NCBI GenBank assembly: GCA_011524915.1
Contig: WTJH01000039.1
Coordinates: 1 to 56,516, forward strand
Length of the DNA: 56,516 bases
Direction of reading: 5' to 3'
From: Flavobacteriales bacterium
GTDB lineage: Bacteria; Bacteroidota; Bacteroidia; Flavobacteriales; Flavobacteriaceae
Position numbers and translations under genes: made by a program. Below are positions 54,090 through 56,516 of this stretch, one piece after another (position 1 is the stretch's first letter; each line of letters opens with the position of its first letter). The notes beneath the pieces are model-generated. The model was not told where the DNA came from and made no database searches. It worked only from the letters and a program-made list of their open reading frames with translations.

Positions 54090-55109
54090 CTATGCCATAG
54101 TCGTGTAGTCGCCTACACTAATTAGTTGAGGACGATCTCCATTATACGTTACATGATTTCCGATCATGGCGTTTTCCAATTGAGCATGCTGAATATGAGA
54201 ATGCTTTTGGATTAAACTTTTTTGTACCTGAACATCTTCCAATACCGTACCTGCTCCTATACTCACATAGGGGCCCACAGTGGCGTTTTTAAGTTGTACT
54301 CCAGGTCCAATATAACAAGGCGGAACAATCTGGCTGTTTTCGATCTGCACGTCCGAAGCTACCAACTCCTGCCCTTCTTCTGTCAGGATTTCCAACATTC
54401 GGCTGTTGGTATCCAGCGTAATTTGGGGATTCCCGCAATCCAACCATTCCTGAACCGACCCAGGAACAAAACGTTTGCCTTGAGCCATCAGGGCTTTGAT
54501 TCCGTCGTTGATTTGATATTCTTCTCCGGGCTGTAATTGTTGTGCAATAACCGATTTTAAAGCCTCCTTTAAGGCTCCGATATCTTTAAAGTAATAAATC
54601 CCTATAACGGCTTGGTCGGAAACAAATTCTTGAGGTTTTTCGACCAATTCAACAATGTCTCCCGCAGAGTTGAGCTGCACCACTCCATAAGCTTCCGGAG
54701 CTTCGACTTGTTTGACCCAAATAACGGCATCGGCTTGAGGGTCTAATTCTAAATCGGCCCGAATCAAGGTATCGGCATAGGCCACAACGGCAGGGCCGTC
54801 TAAAGAAGCTTCGGCACACATAATGGCATGGCCTGTTCCTAGGGGTTCTAACTGTCGATAGATGGTGCCTCGAGCCCCTAAAGATTCGGCTACACCTACC
54901 AGATATTCTTCTACCGAAGTATCGAAAAATGCAGGGTCTCCCAGTACAAAAGCAATTTCTTCTACAGGGGTGTCCACCACCCGAGCAATTTCTCGAACCA
55001 GTTGTTCCACGATGGGAACTCCAGCAACTGGGATAAGGGGTTTAGGGACCGTGAGACTGTGGGGTCGGAGTCGTGATCCACGACCCGCCATGGGAACAAT
55101 TATTTTCAC
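54090..55109 (-). CDS. Sugar-phosphate nucleotidyltransferase with a C-terminal left-handed beta-helix
   Basis: IIVPMAGRGSRLRP..PKPLIPVAG signature. Hexapeptide-repeat-like C-terminus. GTG start. Confidence 0.7.
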   Translation of the reverse strand: MKIIVPMAGRGSRLRPHSLTVPKPLIPVAGVPIVEQLVREIARVVDTPVEEIAFVLGDPAFFDTSVEEYLVGVAESLGARGTIYRQLEPLGTGHAIMCAEASLDGPAVVAYADTLIRADLELDPQADAVIWVKQVEAPEAYGVVQLNSAGDIVELVEKPQEFVSDQAVIGIYYFKDIGALKEALKSVIAQQLQPGEEYQINDGIKALMAQGKRFVPGSVQEWLDCGNPQITLDTNSRMLEILTEEGQELVASDVQIENSQIVPPCYIGPGVQLKNATVGPYVSIGAGTVLEDVQVQKSLIQKHSHIQHAQLENAMIGNHVTYNGDRPQLISVGDYTTMA

Positions 55110-55130
55110 AATATAGGGGTTGTATTCATG

Positions 55131-55565
55131 TTATTTTCCAGTACTTCCAAAACCTCCAGCACCGCGAGCGGTATCATCAAGATCTCCCGTGGGCTCCCAT
55201 TGCACTTGTTCCACAGCAGCAATAACCAGCTGTGCAATTCGCTCCCCCGGCTCTATTCGAAAAGGTGTTTGGGAAAGGTTGACCAAAATGACTCCCACTT
55301 CACCTCTATAATCGGCATCTATGGTTCCGGGAGCGTTCAGGACCGAAATTCCGTGTTTGGCAGCCAAGCCACTTCGCGGGCGTACTTGAGCCTCATAACC
55401 TTCGGGCAGAGCCATTTTAAGGCCTGTTCCTATGATTTTACGTTCTAATGGAGCCAAGGTTACCCCTTCGGTTAAATTGGCTTGTAAATCCAAGCCTGCA
55501 GCGCCTGAGGTAGCATAGCTGGGTAAATCAAATGGGCTTTCGTTTCGGATGGGTACTTTGACCAT
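55131..55565 (-). CDS. dut: dUTP diphosphatase
   Basis: [37 protein letters not shown]. Start trimmed to MVKVPIR. Confidence 0.9.
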   Translation of the reverse strand: MVKVPIRNESPFDLPSYATSGAAGLDLQANLTEGVTLAPLERKIIGTGLKMALPEGYEAQVRPRSGLAAKHGISVLNAPGTIDADYRGEVGVILVNLSQTPFRIEPGERIAQLVIAAVEQVQWEPTGDLDDTARGAGGFGSTGK

Positions 55566-55667
55566 GGTCGTATAATGGTTTTGAATGCTTAAAAATACAA
55601 AATGCAACAGCCAACCCCTACGGGAAGGCAAAGAGATATCGTCAGTTTATTAACTACAAATAGGCAC

Positions 55668-56018
55668 TTAGGTGTCTGGAAACTTTTGTTTGAGGACCCT
55701 TTCTATCGAAAAAATCATCCAAATGGGGTATCCGATAGTAATCAAAAGTATCAGTGTAAACTGCCCAACAAAACCAAAATCAAAGCAGCCCAAAACTCCT
55801 CCAATAAGAAGGGTTCGTAGCCCCATGCTTTGCATGGCTTTAGCTACATAGGCTTGGGCAAAGGTCCAAACCTCTATATTGCGCATGGATCGTTTGGTCC
55901 GATAGCCATAGAGCCAATTGATTTTTTTGGGCGGGTATTTTTCGAAATACAAGCCACCGATCCAAAAAATAAGTCCTATGGTGCCTAAAGTGATCCATAT
56001 CAGATAATCATTTTCCAT
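55668..56018 (-). CDS. SdpI/YhfL-like small membrane protein
   Basis: INWLYGYRTKRSMRNIEVWTFAQ matches the N..GYRT..S....W..A motif. 4 TM. Confidence 0.45.
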   Translation of the reverse strand: MENDYLIWITLGTIGLIFWIGGLYFEKYPPKKINWLYGYRTKRSMRNIEVWTFAQAYVAKAMQSMGLRTLLIGGVLGCFDFGFVGQFTLILLITIGYPIWMIFSIERVLKQKFPDT

Positions 56019-56370
56019 CTGGCTGATCCTGAAATTTAAACGCTAAAATAATTAGAAAAAATACGAGGACAATAGCGGCTTCCCAAAGCTCCCATTTTTT
56101 GGGTTCCTGGATCCATAAAACCCCAACGGTAGCCACGAAAAAAAGAAGTGCATGACCAACCGAAGGGACTGGAATGGTCCATTGATCGACCCACTGTTGA
56201 AGGCTTTTTGACCGACGAACTGCTATGGGAAAAATAAAAAAGTAAATGACCAAACCAACACTCACCACTTGAGATAAAAGTTTATTGACACTTAACCCTC
56301 CCCAATTCAAATTGTGAAAATTGGTCTCTTGTTGGGAGTTATGCTGTTTAAAAAACTCGGAGCTTTCCAC
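56008..56370 (-). CDS. Hypothetical membrane protein (start uncertain, GTG in the ORF track)
   Basis: Three hydrophobic segments. Overlaps the downstream SdpI-like gene by 11 nt. No recognisable motif. Confidence 0.3.
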   Translation of the reverse strand: MESSEFFKQHNSQQETNFHNLNWGGLSVNKLLSQVVSVGLVIYFFIFPIAVRRSKSLQQWVDQWTIPVPSVGHALLFFVATVGVLWIQEPKKWELWEAAIVLVFFLIILAFKFQDQPDGK

Positions 56371-56516
56371 TCCTAAAAGCCGCTGTCCCCAAGAAATTTC
56401 TTCTCCAAATCCAATACTGCAGAGCAGGGCAAAAGATCCCCAAAAAAATATGTGTTTGGAGCTTATAGGCCCATTAAAAGCAACTTGAAAAAGGATTTAA
56501 ACACACATCAACAATA

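Noticed and set aside
1-56516. Defence island, prophage, toxin-antitoxin or secondary-metabolite cluster
   Set aside because: I recognised no integrase, transposase, restriction/modification, Cas, abortive-infection, phage structural or biosynthetic core motifs in any of the long ORFs. Apart from the GIY-YIG cassette, the content is catabolic or housekeeping.

Overview
Chromosomal window from a Bacteroidota, probably Flavobacteriia-like, genome. Evidence: SusC/SusD pairs, gldH, TAnnTTTG-type -7 promoter boxes, and lipoprotein Cys residues followed by acidic residues. All family calls come from motif recognition by eye; no searches were run.

The left ~37 kb is AT-richer and holds a large alginate-utilisation locus, mostly on the minus strand:
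- Lyases: two two-domain PL6 lyases, one PL7, one PL17, plus kdgF.
- Uptake and binding: two tandem SusC/SusD pairs and two surface-lipoprotein paralogs (PKD/CBM-like).
- Regulation and catabolism: a FadR-type GntR regulator, an ExuT-like MFS permease, three SDR reductases (one KduD-like), kdgK and eda.

Inserted among these are:
- a gluconate module (Nramp-like permease, gntK, gnd, GntP, BASS symporter);
- a Bax-inhibitor-like membrane protein;
- a tRNA-Ala(GGC) carrying a small GIY-YIG cassette;
- an S1 sulfatase;
- a YHYH-domain lipoprotein with a coupled unknown ORF.

The right ~19 kb is GC-richer, densely packed housekeeping DNA: envelope genes, GNAT, enoyl-CoA hydratase, queD, PBP1A, gldH, ricT/PSP1, trhO, recA, plsC, trpS, dprA, SPOR protein, M23 peptidase, DUF4292-like, nucleotidyltransferase, dut.

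I found no CRISPR array, integrase, transposase, prophage or recognisable defence system. The most unusual signals are:
1. A minimal GIY-YIG nuclease cassette embedded in the 5' part of tRNA-Ala, with an exact 22-nt duplication of the tRNA 5' end. The ancestral tRNA promoter now lies upstream of the cassette.
2. A shared operator made of 13-nt-phased TTGGnnnnCCAA palindromes fused to the -7 box at all five alginate promoters.
3. An Nramp-fold permease that lacks the canonical metal-binding residues and is translationally coupled to gluconate kinase.
4. A shared CBM-like C-terminal module in two surface lipoproteins.
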